In this document: in pieces, positions 29,917-39,516 of the stretch
How positions within the stretch are numbered: the stretch's first letter is position 1
How the letters are laid out: each line of letters opens with the position of its first letter
Notes under the pieces: generated by a model
Databases searched by the model: none
Seen by the model: only the letters and a program-made list of their open reading frames with translations
Told to the model about the DNA's origin: nothing
DNA from: a bacterium
GTDB taxonomy: Bacteria > Oederibacteriota > JAAXVQ01 > JAUVAV01
Direction: 5' to 3'
Assembly: GCA_021108215.1 (NCBI GenBank)
Contig: JAIORK010000050.1
Location: 10,498-74,497, forward strand
Length of the DNA stretch: 64,000 bases
Position numbers and translations under genes: made by a program

Positions 29917-30131
29917 GCTTCGGTCTCCTTGAATATCTCAATTGCCACCTCAGGACATACTAAGGCGCAGGCTTGGCAGCCGGTACAGCTATCTTCATCC
30001 ACACACGCGACGACACGAAACCCGGTTTTATTAATCTTCTCCGAAAACCGGATTATTTTTTTCGGACAGACTGCAATGCACATTTCACAGGCCTTGCATC
30101 GATCCGGATCAATTTTCAATCGAAAAGTCAT
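29913..30131 (-). CDS. 2x[4Fe-4S] ferredoxin (delta subunit)
   Basis: CKACEMCIAVCP and CTGCQACALVCP; AGGAG RBS before MTFRLK. Confidence 0.93.
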   Translation of the reverse strand: MTFRLKIDPDRCKACEMCIAVCPKKIIRFSEKINKTGFRVVACVDEDSCTGCQACALVCPEVAIEIFKETEA

Positions 30132-30221
30132 AAAACCATCTCCTGATTCATACAATCAATTCGTCACGAAAAGACGTTTATACCTTCCTTTCGTGGGTTC
30201 AAGCTGATTTTGAAAGGATTT

Positions 30222-30250
30222 ACTCTAGCATTGGGCCTGTGGACTGTCAA
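30222..30250 (-). promoter_or_regulatory. Sigma70 promoter of oxidoreductase operon
   Basis: TTGACA-17bp-TAGAGT with extended -10 TG. Confidence 0.7.
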
Positions 30251-30278
30251 GAGCACGAGTAACGAAAATCACTTGAAA

Positions 30279-30718
30279 AGCATTCACCGCCGAGGCGCTG
30301 AGGACGCAGAGAAAATCATTTAAAAACAAATATTTTACTGAATAATAACTATAACTATTTTGATTTTCTCTGTGTTCACCGCTGAGACGCTGAGAACACA
30401 GATGAAAATATTTATTATGAAAATCGCTTGTTAAAAAATATTAAATATAATTCAAACACTAACACCCTGTTACAAAGCCGGTCAAAATGCTTATTTTTAA
30501 AAGAAAAACCGGCACTGTCACCACATAACCAAGCAAGTTTTGACGATATGGCCCACGAAGGCTATACCTCTATTGATGATGTGTGTTTTTTCTTTAAAAA
30601 TAAGTATTCTGACCGGTCATAGCATCGTCTGTATTACTTAATTTGGACAAAAGTATAATTTAAACCTTCAAATATTGTGGTTTTCTCTGCGTCTTCAGCG
30701 TCTCGGCGATGAAATGCT
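30279..30718. repeat. AT-rich segment bounded by ~38-bp inverted repeats with an internal third copy
   Basis: AGCATTCACCGCCGAGGCGCTGAGGACGCAGAGAAAA (30279-), TTCACCGCTGAGACGCTGAGAACACAGA (30375-), inverted TTTTCTCTGCGTCTTCAGCGTCTCGGCGATGAAATGCT (30681-30718). Confidence 0.8.
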
Positions 30719-32423
30719 AGGATTTTTCTATAAGTTCCCGGGCATGATTAAGTGCAGTATCTGTGATCTGGTCACCTGCCATAAGCCGGGCAAGTTCCTT
30801 GACTTGCGCGTCTCGATCCAGCGGACTCACCTGAGAAATGGTTCTACCTTGTTCCACATACTTACTGATTAAAAAATGACTCCGGGCAAAACGCGCTATC
30901 TGGGGAAGATGGGTAATCACCATAACCTGCCGGTGTTTCGACAATTCCTTTAGTTTCCGTCCAACCGCCTCTGCGGTTGCGCCGCCAACACCGGCATCCA
31001 CCTCATCGAATATCATGGTGGGTACACGCGCGGCAGATGCCGCAATTACCTTAATTGCCAGCATAATACGGGAGAGCTCCCCGCCTGAGGCTATTTTGGA
31101 TACCGGCTTGGCCTCCTCGCCGGGGTTGGGGGCAATCAAAAACTGAATATCATCTGCGCCATGCGGTCCGCATTTATAGTGTTTTCCATCCCAGCTGATC
31201 CATCCGCCGGTATCTTCACGCGGTTCAACTTGAATCTCAAACATCGCCTGATTAAATCCCAGTGATTTTAATTCAAGTTCCAGGGCCTTTGCCAATTCCT
31301 TACCCGCTGCACGCCTTTTTCCCGAGAGTTCTCTTGCTTTTTGCGACAAATCCGCGCTCAAGGCCGCTTCTTCTTGGGCAAGCCGCTCCAATTCTTCATC
31401 TTTGTGGGTCAAACTCTCTTTTTCCACCAGCTTTGATTCATAAAACCCGAGAATGGCCTCTTCCGACTCGCCGTATTTTTTCTTCAATTTATATAAAACA
31501 TCCAGACGTTCTTCCACTGTTTCCAGTTGCGCCGGATCCGCCTCAAATCCTTCAGAAAAATCCGCCAACCGGTCAACCACGTCCGTGATCAAGACCTCGG
31601 CAGACCGCAAATCATCTGCCAGGGAGCCCATCTGACTGTCAAAACGCGCCAGATCACTAATTGCATTCACCGCTTGCGTAAGGCTCTCACGCGCTGAGCC
31701 TTCTTCTTTGCGATGAAGACTATCCAGGGCGGTTATGACATTGGCGAGCATCCGCTCGGCATTGGCCAATTTATTTTTTTCTTCCTGCAACTGTTCATAC
31801 TCGCCGGGTTGAATCCGGGCTTTTTCAATTTCCTCAATCTGATAGACCAAAAGATCAAGCTGGCGTACGCGTTCCGCCTCATCCATGGCCAATTGCTCCC
31901 GCGCTGCCCGCGAAGCACGCAATTCCCCATAGACATCCGCCACCTGTTTACGCAGCGTCTCCAGGCCTGCCCAGGCATCAAGTAAATCACGTTGCTGATG
32001 ACGCTGGAGCAACGATTGATGCTGGTGTTGACCGTGCAGATCAACCAATTCCTCGCCAATGCGCTCCAAAATTGCCAGGGTTGTATAGCCGCCATTGATA
32101 AAACATTTGCTCCGGCCATTGCGTGCCAGCGTCCTTTTGATTACAAGTTGATTATCTTCACAGGGTTCAAGACCGGATTCCTCCAACAACGCATGTACCG
32201 GTGATTGCATCTCCAGGCGAAAAAGGCCTTCCACCGTAGCGGTATCGCAATCCGCCCGGATCAAATCCACAGAAGCGCGCTCGCCTAAAAGCAGCGACAA
32301 TGCTCCGAGTAAAATGGATTTCCCCGCACCGGTTTCACCGGTCAAAATACTCAAACCCTCATCCGGCGCCAGTGTCAATGCAGGAATAAGCGAAATATTT
32401 TTTACGGAAATTTCAAGTATCAT
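30717..32423 (-). CDS. recN: DNA repair protein RecN
   Basis: LTGETGAGKS, HGQHQHQSL, IASGGELSRIMLA, IFDEVDAGVGG, ITHLPQIA. Confidence 0.97.
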   Translation of the reverse strand: MILEISVKNISLIPALTLAPDEGLSILTGETGAGKSILLGALSLLLGERASVDLIRADCDTATVEGLFRLEMQSPVHALLEESGLEPCEDNQLVIKRTLARNGRSKCFINGGYTTLAILERIGEELVDLHGQHQHQSLLQRHQQRDLLDAWAGLETLRKQVADVYGELRASRAAREQLAMDEAERVRQLDLLVYQIEEIEKARIQPGEYEQLQEEKNKLANAERMLANVITALDSLHRKEEGSARESLTQAVNAISDLARFDSQMGSLADDLRSAEVLITDVVDRLADFSEGFEADPAQLETVEERLDVLYKLKKKYGESEEAILGFYESKLVEKESLTHKDEELERLAQEEAALSADLSQKARELSGKRRAAGKELAKALELELKSLGFNQAMFEIQVEPREDTGGWISWDGKHYKCGPHGADDIQFLIAPNPGEEAKPVSKIASGGELSRIMLAIKVIAASAARVPTMIFDEVDAGVGGATAEAVGRKLKELSKHRQVMVITHLPQIARFARSHFLISKYVEQGRTISQVSPLDRDAQVKELARLMAGDQITDTALNHARELIEKS

Positions 32424-33169
32424 GTCCTACGCTCCGCGAAAAGAAAAAATTCCTGATTACCGTCGGTCCCTTTGATGCAACTGGGCCGCACATTAATTTT
32501 CTTCAAATGACAGTCCGGCAGACACTGCAAAACATGCTGCACCGCACCATCTCTGGCCTGTTTGTCGCGTACGATGCCGCCTTTGCCGATCGCGGCCGGC
32601 CCAACCTCAAATTGCGGTTTAATCAGGGCAATTATTTTTCCGCCTTGGGGTTCCAGTAATTCTGAAACTGCCGGTAAAATTTTGGTCAATGAAATAAACG
32701 AGACATCAATCACTGCCAGATCAAACGTTTCTGCAAAATCTTCCGGTTTGAGATACCGTGCATTCACACCTTCCGAGACAGTCACCTGAGGGTGCTTCCG
32801 AATTTTAAAATCCAGCTGACCCTTGCCCACATCAATACAATGCACACGGACGGCATGATGCTGCAACAGGCAATCCGTAAACCCGCCGGTCGAAGACCCA
32901 ATATCCACACAAACCATGTCGCGCACCTCAAACTGAAAATCCTTGAGCGCGCCCTCCAGTTTGAATCCACCGCGACCGACATACCGCTGCCGCCGGCTTT
33001 TGCGGGACAGCGGTATATCCGCTTTGACCAGATGACCCGGCTTGCTCAACATACTATCATCCGAATAAAGCTCGCCCGCCATGATTCCGGCCTGTGCCTG
33101 ATTGCGGCTCTGGAACAGACCGCGTTCAACCGCCAATTGATCAACCCGACATTTTTTGACTTTATTCAT
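32420..33169 (-). CDS. tlyA: TlyA family rRNA methyltransferase
   Basis: YVGRGGFKL, DIGSSTGGFTDCLLQ, DVSFISL, LIKPQFE, GTDGNQEF. Confidence 0.95.
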   Translation of the reverse strand: MNKVKKCRVDQLAVERGLFQSRNQAQAGIMAGELYSDDSMLSKPGHLVKADIPLSRKSRRQRYVGRGGFKLEGALKDFQFEVRDMVCVDIGSSTGGFTDCLLQHHAVRVHCIDVGKGQLDFKIRKHPQVTVSEGVNARYLKPEDFAETFDLAVIDVSFISLTKILPAVSELLEPQGGKIIALIKPQFEVGPAAIGKGGIVRDKQARDGAVQHVLQCLPDCHLKKINVRPSCIKGTDGNQEFFLFAERRT

Positions 33170-35079
33170 TTCTTCGTGCCGGATTTCCCGGTCTTTTTCA
33201 TTTTTAAGCGCTTCTTATCCAAAACAGAAAGTGCAACACGCACAATTCCCTCCGAAGTCAACCCGTATTGCTCAAAAAGCTCACAAATCGATCCTTGCTC
33301 CACAAATGCATCCGGCAGACCCAGCCGGGCAATGCTGATGGCCGTCATCTCCTGAGATGCCAGCATCTCCAAAACAGCACTGCCAAAACCACCCGACAAA
33401 ACATGATCTTCGATGGTAACCACCTTGCCGGTTTTCCTGATCTCCCGCAGCAAAGTCTGCGTATCCAGCGGTTTGATACACCGCACATCAACCACCGTTG
33501 TTGCAATTTTTTTGGTTTCCAATACCCGTGCTGCAGCCAGCGCAGGTTCCACCATATTCCCCACTGCCAATAGCGTTATCGCACTGCCCTTAGCCGGTAC
33601 TTTGGCCTTGCCTACCGGAACAGCGGTAATGGTCTTACCCACTTTACCAATCACACCGGCACCGCGCGGATACCGCAAGACTGTCGGCCCCCGCCTGGCC
33701 AGTGCGGTTTTCAACATTCCGGCCAGATCACTTTCATTACCGGGAGAAAAGATAACGAGATTCGGAATATGCCTGAGATAGGCAATATCAAAAACACCAT
33801 GATGTGTCGGACCGTCCTCGCCGACCAGCCCGGCACGATCCAGTGCAAAAACCACCGGAAGATTCTGTAGACAGACATCATGTACAATCTGGTCATAGGC
33901 ACGCTGCAAAAATGTCGAATAAATCGTAACAACCGGCTTATATCCCTGACTGGCCATACCGGCCGCCAGGGTGACCGCGTGTCCCTCGGCAATGCCCACA
34001 TCAAAAAAACGTTCCGGCAGTTGTTCTGCAAATTCATCCAATGCCGTCCCTGAGGTCATCGCCGCCACAATGGCGACAACTTTTTTATCTTGCTTGGCAA
34101 GCCGCAACAGGCTTTGTGAAAAGGCCTGAGAAAATGTAAGCTGAGGACTTAGGCGACACTGTCCGGTCCGGGCGTCAAACTTGGGTGTGCCGTGAAAAGC
34201 CACTGGATTTTGTTCCGCCGGAGAGAACCCCTTTCCTTTTTGCGTCAGAACATGCAATAGAATCGGGCCGGAAAAATCCTTGACGCGTTTCAAGGTTGAA
34301 ATCATTTGTTCGACATCATTGCCATCCACCGGACCCAGATAACGAAATCCCAGTTCTTCAAAAAGAACACCCGGAACAATCAACCCCTTGGTGGCTTCCT
34401 CCAGATAATGCGTCAAACCCAGGGCAGTCTTACCCACTGCCGGAATAGCAGCCAACATCCCCTCGACTTGCGACTTGAGCCGGTTGTACATCCGTCCGGT
34501 AATAATCTGATTCAAATAATTGGAGAGTCCCCCCACCGGACGGGAGATCGACATCCGGTTATCATTTAAGATAACCAGCAGATCGGTTTTTTTATGCCCG
34601 GCATCATTGAGTGCTTCCAGAGCCGTGCCGTTTGAAAGCGACCCGTCACCAATGACTGCAATAATTTTTTGTGGGGATTTGGTAAGATCACGTGCCCGTG
34701 CCATCCCCAGCGCAGCGGAAATCGACGTGGAGGAATGGCCCGTATTAAACGTATCATAAGGACTCTCCTCGCGTTTGGGAAATCCGGAAAGCCCTTTGTA
34801 CTGGCGCAAGGTTGCGAAACGATCGCGGCGTCCGCTTATTATTTTATGCGCATATGTTTGGTGCCCAACATCCCAGACAATTTTATCCTGAGGTGTCTGA
34901 TAAACATGGTGCAGCGCCAACGTCAGCTCAACTGCGCCCAGCGAGGACGCCAGATGCCCACCGGTCTTGGAAACCGCATCAACCATAAATACCCGGATTT
35001 CTTCCGACAATTGTTTGAGTTGAGCGACCGTGAGCTTTTTGACAGCTTGCGGAGAATTGATTTTTTCCAAAAGAGACAT
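33166..35079 (-). CDS. dxs: 1-deoxy-D-xylulose-5-phosphate synthase
   Basis: GGHLASSLGAVEL, WDVGHQ, GHSSTSISA, IGDGS, ILNDN.MSI, DVGIAE, DGPTHHG. Confidence 0.97.
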   Translation of the reverse strand: MSLLEKINSPQAVKKLTVAQLKQLSEEIRVFMVDAVSKTGGHLASSLGAVELTLALHHVYQTPQDKIVWDVGHQTYAHKIISGRRDRFATLRQYKGLSGFPKREESPYDTFNTGHSSTSISAALGMARARDLTKSPQKIIAVIGDGSLSNGTALEALNDAGHKKTDLLVILNDNRMSISRPVGGLSNYLNQIITGRMYNRLKSQVEGMLAAIPAVGKTALGLTHYLEEATKGLIVPGVLFEELGFRYLGPVDGNDVEQMISTLKRVKDFSGPILLHVLTQKGKGFSPAEQNPVAFHGTPKFDARTGQCRLSPQLTFSQAFSQSLLRLAKQDKKVVAIVAAMTSGTALDEFAEQLPERFFDVGIAEGHAVTLAAGMASQGYKPVVTIYSTFLQRAYDQIVHDVCLQNLPVVFALDRAGLVGEDGPTHHGVFDIAYLRHIPNLVIFSPGNESDLAGMLKTALARRGPTVLRYPRGAGVIGKVGKTITAVPVGKAKVPAKGSAITLLAVGNMVEPALAAARVLETKKIATTVVDVRCIKPLDTQTLLREIRKTGKVVTIEDHVLSGGFGSAVLEMLASQEMTAISIARLGLPDAFVEQGSICELFEQYGLTSEGIVRVALSVLDKKRLKMKKTGKSGTKK

Positions 35080-35121
35080 AATCGAGCAACACCTGCTTTA
35101 AGGGCAAAACCCTTCCTTAAA

Positions 35122-35598
35122 TTAATAAAAAAACAGACCCCACATAACACCAATCGTCGCACCGGCCATGACCTCCAGCCGGGTATGGCCCAGAAATTCC
35201 TTGAGCCTTCCCTGGCTGATATGCTTATGCTGGGACATGTCGTCTAATATCACATTGAGTATCCGTGCCTGATGGCCGGCTGCCCGGCGTACACCGGAGG
35301 CATCATTCATGACCAGAATGGCAAATCCCAGGGCAAACAGATACAACGGGCTGTCCCAACCGGTTTCCAACCCCACCACGGTGGATAAACACATGACAAA
35401 TGCCGAATGCGAACTGGGCATGCGTCCGGTATCCACCAGAAGTCTAAAATCAAATTTCCTCGCTTTAATTAAATGGAGTACCACTTTAACAAAGGAGGCG
35501 AAAAGCCAGGCAGTGAATACCGTTATAAAAAAATGACTGGTGACTACCGTACTTAAAGCAATCCATGTTTCCTGCAACATCCAAATACCTTTTTCCAA
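35122..35598 (-). CDS. Divergent PAP2 family protein (DUF212)
   Basis: TG.MPSSHSA, DASGVRRAAG.QA..LN, LKEFLGHT..EV.AG. Confidence 0.92.
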   Translation of the reverse strand: MEKGIWMLQETWIALSTVVTSHFFITVFTAWLFASFVKVVLHLIKARKFDFRLLVDTGRMPSSHSAFVMCLSTVVGLETGWDSPLYLFALGFAILVMNDASGVRRAAGHQARILNVILDDMSQHKHISQGRLKEFLGHTRLEVMAGATIGVMWGLFFY

Positions 35599-35602
35599 TA
35601 TG

Positions 35603-36667
35603 CTACACCTCGCGTTCTGTTACGTAGTTTGCAATCGCCGTTAATGGCGCCGCCTTTTTCCCAAAAACTTTAAGCGCTGACAATCCCTTGGCAATAAGTG
35701 TCTCCGCATGTTTTTTAGATTCCTCCAGCCCGAACAGTGCCGGATAAGTCGCCTTGCCTCTGGCTTCATCTGTTCCCACACTTTTGCCAAGATCGCGCAT
35801 TTCTCCGATTACATTTAAAACATCATCCGATATCTGAAAAGCCAAGCCAATGGTCTCGCCATAGACTGAAAGTGCTTTCATTTTTTCAGATGACGCCTTG
35901 GCCAGACATCCCCCGATTTTAAGTGCCGCCTGAATCAGCTGCCCGGTCTTATGCGTATGAATATACTGCAGCATGGGCAGATTAATATCCTGGCCTTCTG
36001 CATCAATATCCGCCATCTGGCCGCCGACCATACCTGCCATGCCTGCTGCCTTGGCAAGAATACGCGACGCTGCTATGACTTGTTCCGCCTCATCCGCTTT
36101 TTTGGGAGAAAATTCCAATTTCCCCATCAGCTCAAACGCAAAGGTCAAAAGTGCATCCCCTGCTAAAATCGCGGCTGCTTCGCCGAAAATTTTGTGACAG
36201 GTCGGCTGCCCCCGACGCAGCGCATCATCATCCATCGCAGGTAAATCATCATGCATGAGTGAATAGGTATGGATGCATTCCAATGCACATGCCGCCGGCA
36301 TCACCGCTTGGGCCGTGCTCCCGCAAGCCTCCGCTGCGGCGATCACTAAAATCGGACGCAAACGCTTACCCCCAGAAAACATACTGTGCCGAACCGCAGC
36401 ATGCAATTTCGCCGGAAAATAATCCTTACGCGGCAAATAACGATTTAAGGCCTCGTCAACCAGCTTCCCCCGGGAAGCCAAATAGGTTTTTAGGTTAAAG
36501 TGGCTGTCATCTTTCACCAAGGACTTCTTTTTAACCGCCGCTTTCGTGACGGTTTTGCGAGATGCTCTGTTTGACTTAGAAGAGGCTTTCCTGATCTTCA
36601 TCTTCATCTTCGTCTTCGTCGCCTTCTTCATCTTCTTTGTCGCTTTCGTTTTCGTCATCGTCTTCAT
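35603..36667 (-). CDS. ispA: Polyprenyl (farnesyl/geranylgeranyl) diphosphate synthase
   Basis: GGKRLRP, IHTYSLMHDDLPAMDDDALRRG, AGDALL, GGQ..D, HKTG, AFQISDD; start uncertain (36667 or 36601), basic N-terminal extension. Confidence 0.92.
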   Translation of the reverse strand: MKTMTKTKATKKMKKATKTKMKMKIRKASSKSNRASRKTVTKAAVKKKSLVKDDSHFNLKTYLASRGKLVDEALNRYLPRKDYFPAKLHAAVRHSMFSGGKRLRPILVIAAAEACGSTAQAVMPAACALECIHTYSLMHDDLPAMDDDALRRGQPTCHKIFGEAAAILAGDALLTFAFELMGKLEFSPKKADEAEQVIAASRILAKAAGMAGMVGGQMADIDAEGQDINLPMLQYIHTHKTGQLIQAALKIGGCLAKASSEKMKALSVYGETIGLAFQISDDVLNVIGEMRDLGKSVGTDEARGKATYPALFGLEESKKHAETLIAKGLSALKVFGKKAAPLTAIANYVTEREV

Positions 36668-36971
36668 CCTCGTCTTCTACGATTTTTGAAGCGCTTGCGC
36701 CATTTAATTCATCTTCAAAAGGACGACTCCGCAGCTTAGTGCCTTTATCCTCGAGTAGTTCCACCTTGCGCTCGGCAGCCTTGAGCTGTGTTGAGCAGGT
36801 TCGCGCCAGACCGACCCCTTCTTCATACAGGGACAATGCTTTTTCCAGCGGCGCCTCGGCACCTTCCAATTGGTTCACGATCTCTTCCAGCCGTTCCAAC
36901 GCCTTTTCAAAAGATGGCGCCTTATTGGTTTCCACCTTGTTTTTCGTACTTTTTTGGATTTTCTTAGTCAT
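36576..36971 (-). CDS. xseB: Exodeoxyribonuclease VII small subunit with acidic tail
   Basis: SFEKALERLEEIVNQLE....LEKALSLYEEG..L...C...L..AERKV. Confidence 0.95.
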   Translation of the reverse strand: MTKKIQKSTKNKVETNKAPSFEKALERLEEIVNQLEGAEAPLEKALSLYEEGVGLARTCSTQLKAAERKVELLEDKGTKLRSRPFEDELNGASASKIVEDEDEDDDENESDKEDEEGDEDEDEDEDQESLF

Positions 36972-37211
36972 GTGACAGGCTTTTCCTTTATTTAGGTAAC
37001 TCAAACATCCCCAAACTCCCCACCAATATACTATATTTCATAGAATAATAAATACTTAAATCCGATTAAATTTACTGGAAAAGGTATTACAAAAGAGCTA
37101 AATGACCGCAAAAAAGGTCTATCAAAAAAAGAAGCACGTCGATAAAAACAGACAACCGGATATTCCCCCTTGCCAAAATCCGGCATCAGGTGAATACCTA
37201 TTCCGGACAAC

Positions 37212-37751
37212 TTACCATTGCATTTGCCAGCGCAATTCTTGTGAATCTATTTCCTTAAAAATAACGACTGCATTTTTGTGCCCGGTCAATTCAAATAGAA
37301 TCAAGAGATGGCCTTTCACAATTTCCCGGGAATACTCCGGATAATCCGGGAATTTCCTCACAACAAAATCCGCACTGTTTTTCGTTATATTCTCGACACT
37401 GGCCTCACCTTTATCATGATACGTTTTCCAAATACCGGCTGCGCGCTTAACAATAAATTGTATATTCGGAATACGCAAAAACACTTTATATATCCCCGTA
37501 TAACTTTTATACGACATTGCTTTTCCCAGCAGAATAAGCCGGTCCGGATTGGTTGGATATAAAATCTGCGCAGCGAAAAAATAAATCTGGGCGACTTCTT
37601 CTTCCGGCGCCCAACTGGTACTGACGACTTTATTGTATATTTTTTCTAAGTCACCGGATAAACTTGCCGTAAATTTCTTTTCCAGCTCCGGGTTGGCTTC
37701 GCTGAATATTTTTCTCAAATTTACGACATCCGAGCATTTACTTAAAGCCAT
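37212..37751 (-). CDS. Hypothetical protein (DUF2378/V4R-like small ligand-binding fold)
   Basis: AGGAG RBS; ..STSW.P....GIYKVFLRI...FIVKRAAGIWKTYHDKG..; family assignment by recollection only. Confidence 0.55.
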   Translation of the reverse strand: MALSKCSDVVNLRKIFSEANPELEKKFTASLSGDLEKIYNKVVSTSWAPEEEVAQIYFFAAQILYPTNPDRLILLGKAMSYKSYTGIYKVFLRIPNIQFIVKRAAGIWKTYHDKGEASVENITKNSADFVVRKFPDYPEYSREIVKGHLLILFELTGHKNAVVIFKEIDSQELRWQMQW

Positions 37752-37944
37752 GGTTCACTCCTAACTACTTTTAGATATGTCTTAGCCTCGCTACCAAAAA
37801 GGCTGAACTTAACCCGGTTTGATAAATATTTTTAAATTATAGAACAGGTGTCCGCATCCTACTCCACCGATTTCTATACTAAATGCAAACTCCAATTAAA
37901 CTGTTTTTCTGCGATTTTTTTAAAATAACTGCGTACATTTAAAA

Positions 37945-39516
37945 CTATTTAAATTTAATAACTCCGCCAATAACCACTTCACTGGAACTTCCATCATTTC
38001 TTTTATTCAGCCTATGCGTCTTTAAATACATTATCTTCCCACTTTCATCCATTCGCGTTCCCCATAATGCATTCGATCCAGATCCCCACATTAAATCACC
38101 TACCGTCTCATCCCCATAATCAGGATCAGCAGCATATTTTACTTTTTGAGGTGACCCGCCATACAATATTCTTGTTTTACAGTCTCCAAAATCATACTCA
38201 CTGACATCCCTCTGAAGTATCGTTTTCCCATCAGCTTGAACTTCATCGCCATCTGTCAGAACACCATAAAAAACCTCTTGATATGTTTTGGGAATAAAAT
38301 CCCCTCCCCCGCTTAAACTATATTCAGCATCCGCACTTAAAAACGTTGCAGTTGTATATGATGTTTTTTTACTTTTTCTTTTAACTTTTTTGTCGAATTC
38401 TTTAATTAGCCTATCAAATTCTGCATTTTTTATTTTTATTGTAAAATTCAAAATAAATCCAACCTCAAGTGTGGCTGTTCTGCCATCTGAATAATATCTC
38501 CAATCTGTATTTTTGGTCCAACCATTTATGATGCCCTCACCTGCTTTTAATTCCTTGATATTGATTTGATCACTTCTAATTTCCTCCCTATTTTCTTCCT
38601 CCGCTTCATCTTTTTTGACGCGGACATTTTTAGTATCCCTATATTTCCTGTTTTTTTTATTGATTTTCGTTGTAGCTTTTATAGCAATCTTGTGTTTCCC
38701 ATCATCTTCTTGTTCAATATCCCAATAATGTTTTAATATTTCGTTTCTTTTGAGTTTTATTGCCTTCACCACTTTTTTATCGATTGCAAGCTGGACATCA
38801 ACCTCTTTCTCCCAAGCTTTCTTCTTGGTCTCCGCTTTTACCATATCAACATATTCCCAACTTTTCCGGAAACCATTATAAGCTTTCAATAATATTTCAG
38901 TGTCACTATGTCCGGCGAGATCATACTTCATGGTCCATCTTTTCCATTTTTTGGGTTTGTTTTTTGTGTCCTCTATCCATTTTTTCTTACTTTCTATCAC
39001 CGCGACTCCTGCCGTGATATTATATTCTGTATTTTGCATAATTTTCGTAAAATCCCACTTATCTTCTTCTAAGCCACTATACTTATTATTAATTTGCATA
39101 ATCCCATAATCAGTTGATTCGACTTCTTTTCTTCTTGTTTTTGGATCAACAATCACTTTTCCGGTCTTATCTATTTTATAGTTTATTCCTTTATACACAT
39201 TGCCGTTTTCATCAAATTGCTGCCAACCACCGCTTTCATGGTATGCAATCACTTTCAGCATTTCGCTTGGTAAGCAGGATTTGGTTTTCTCAAACAATTG
39301 ATCAATTTCGGAATAACTCATATTTTTGTTGCTTTTATTCCGAAACATTTCAGCAATGATGTTTATTGATTCAGAAATAACTTGTTCATCAACCGGTGTT
39401 GTAATTCTTATATCAAAACCACTAGCATTGTTTATAAACAACGAGCTAAAAGTCATTAAGATCAATGTAATTACTTTTATATTAGTCGACGAATATGTCA
39501 TACGGGTCTCCATCAA
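37945..39516 (-). CDS. Secreted lytic transglycosylase (SLT)-like protein
   Basis: Signal-like N-terminus; VIAYHES (catalytic Glu-Ser), DYGIMQIN, YNITAG, LKAYNG = SLT motifs; start uncertain (39516-39501). Confidence 0.75.
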   Translation of the reverse strand: MMETRMTYSSTNIKVITLILMTFSSLFINNASGFDIRITTPVDEQVISESINIIAEMFRNKSNKNMSYSEIDQLFEKTKSCLPSEMLKVIAYHESGGWQQFDENGNVYKGINYKIDKTGKVIVDPKTRRKEVESTDYGIMQINNKYSGLEEDKWDFTKIMQNTEYNITAGVAVIESKKKWIEDTKNKPKKWKRWTMKYDLAGHSDTEILLKAYNGFRKSWEYVDMVKAETKKKAWEKEVDVQLAIDKKVVKAIKLKRNEILKHYWDIEQEDDGKHKIAIKATTKINKKNRKYRDTKNVRVKKDEAEEENREEIRSDQINIKELKAGEGIINGWTKNTDWRYYSDGRTATLEVGFILNFTIKIKNAEFDRLIKEFDKKVKRKSKKTSYTTATFLSADAEYSLSGGGDFIPKTYQEVFYGVLTDGDEVQADGKTILQRDVSEYDFGDCKTRILYGGSPQKVKYAADPDYGDETVGDLMWGSGSNALWGTRMDESGKIMYLKTHRLNKRNDGSSSEVVIGGVIKFK

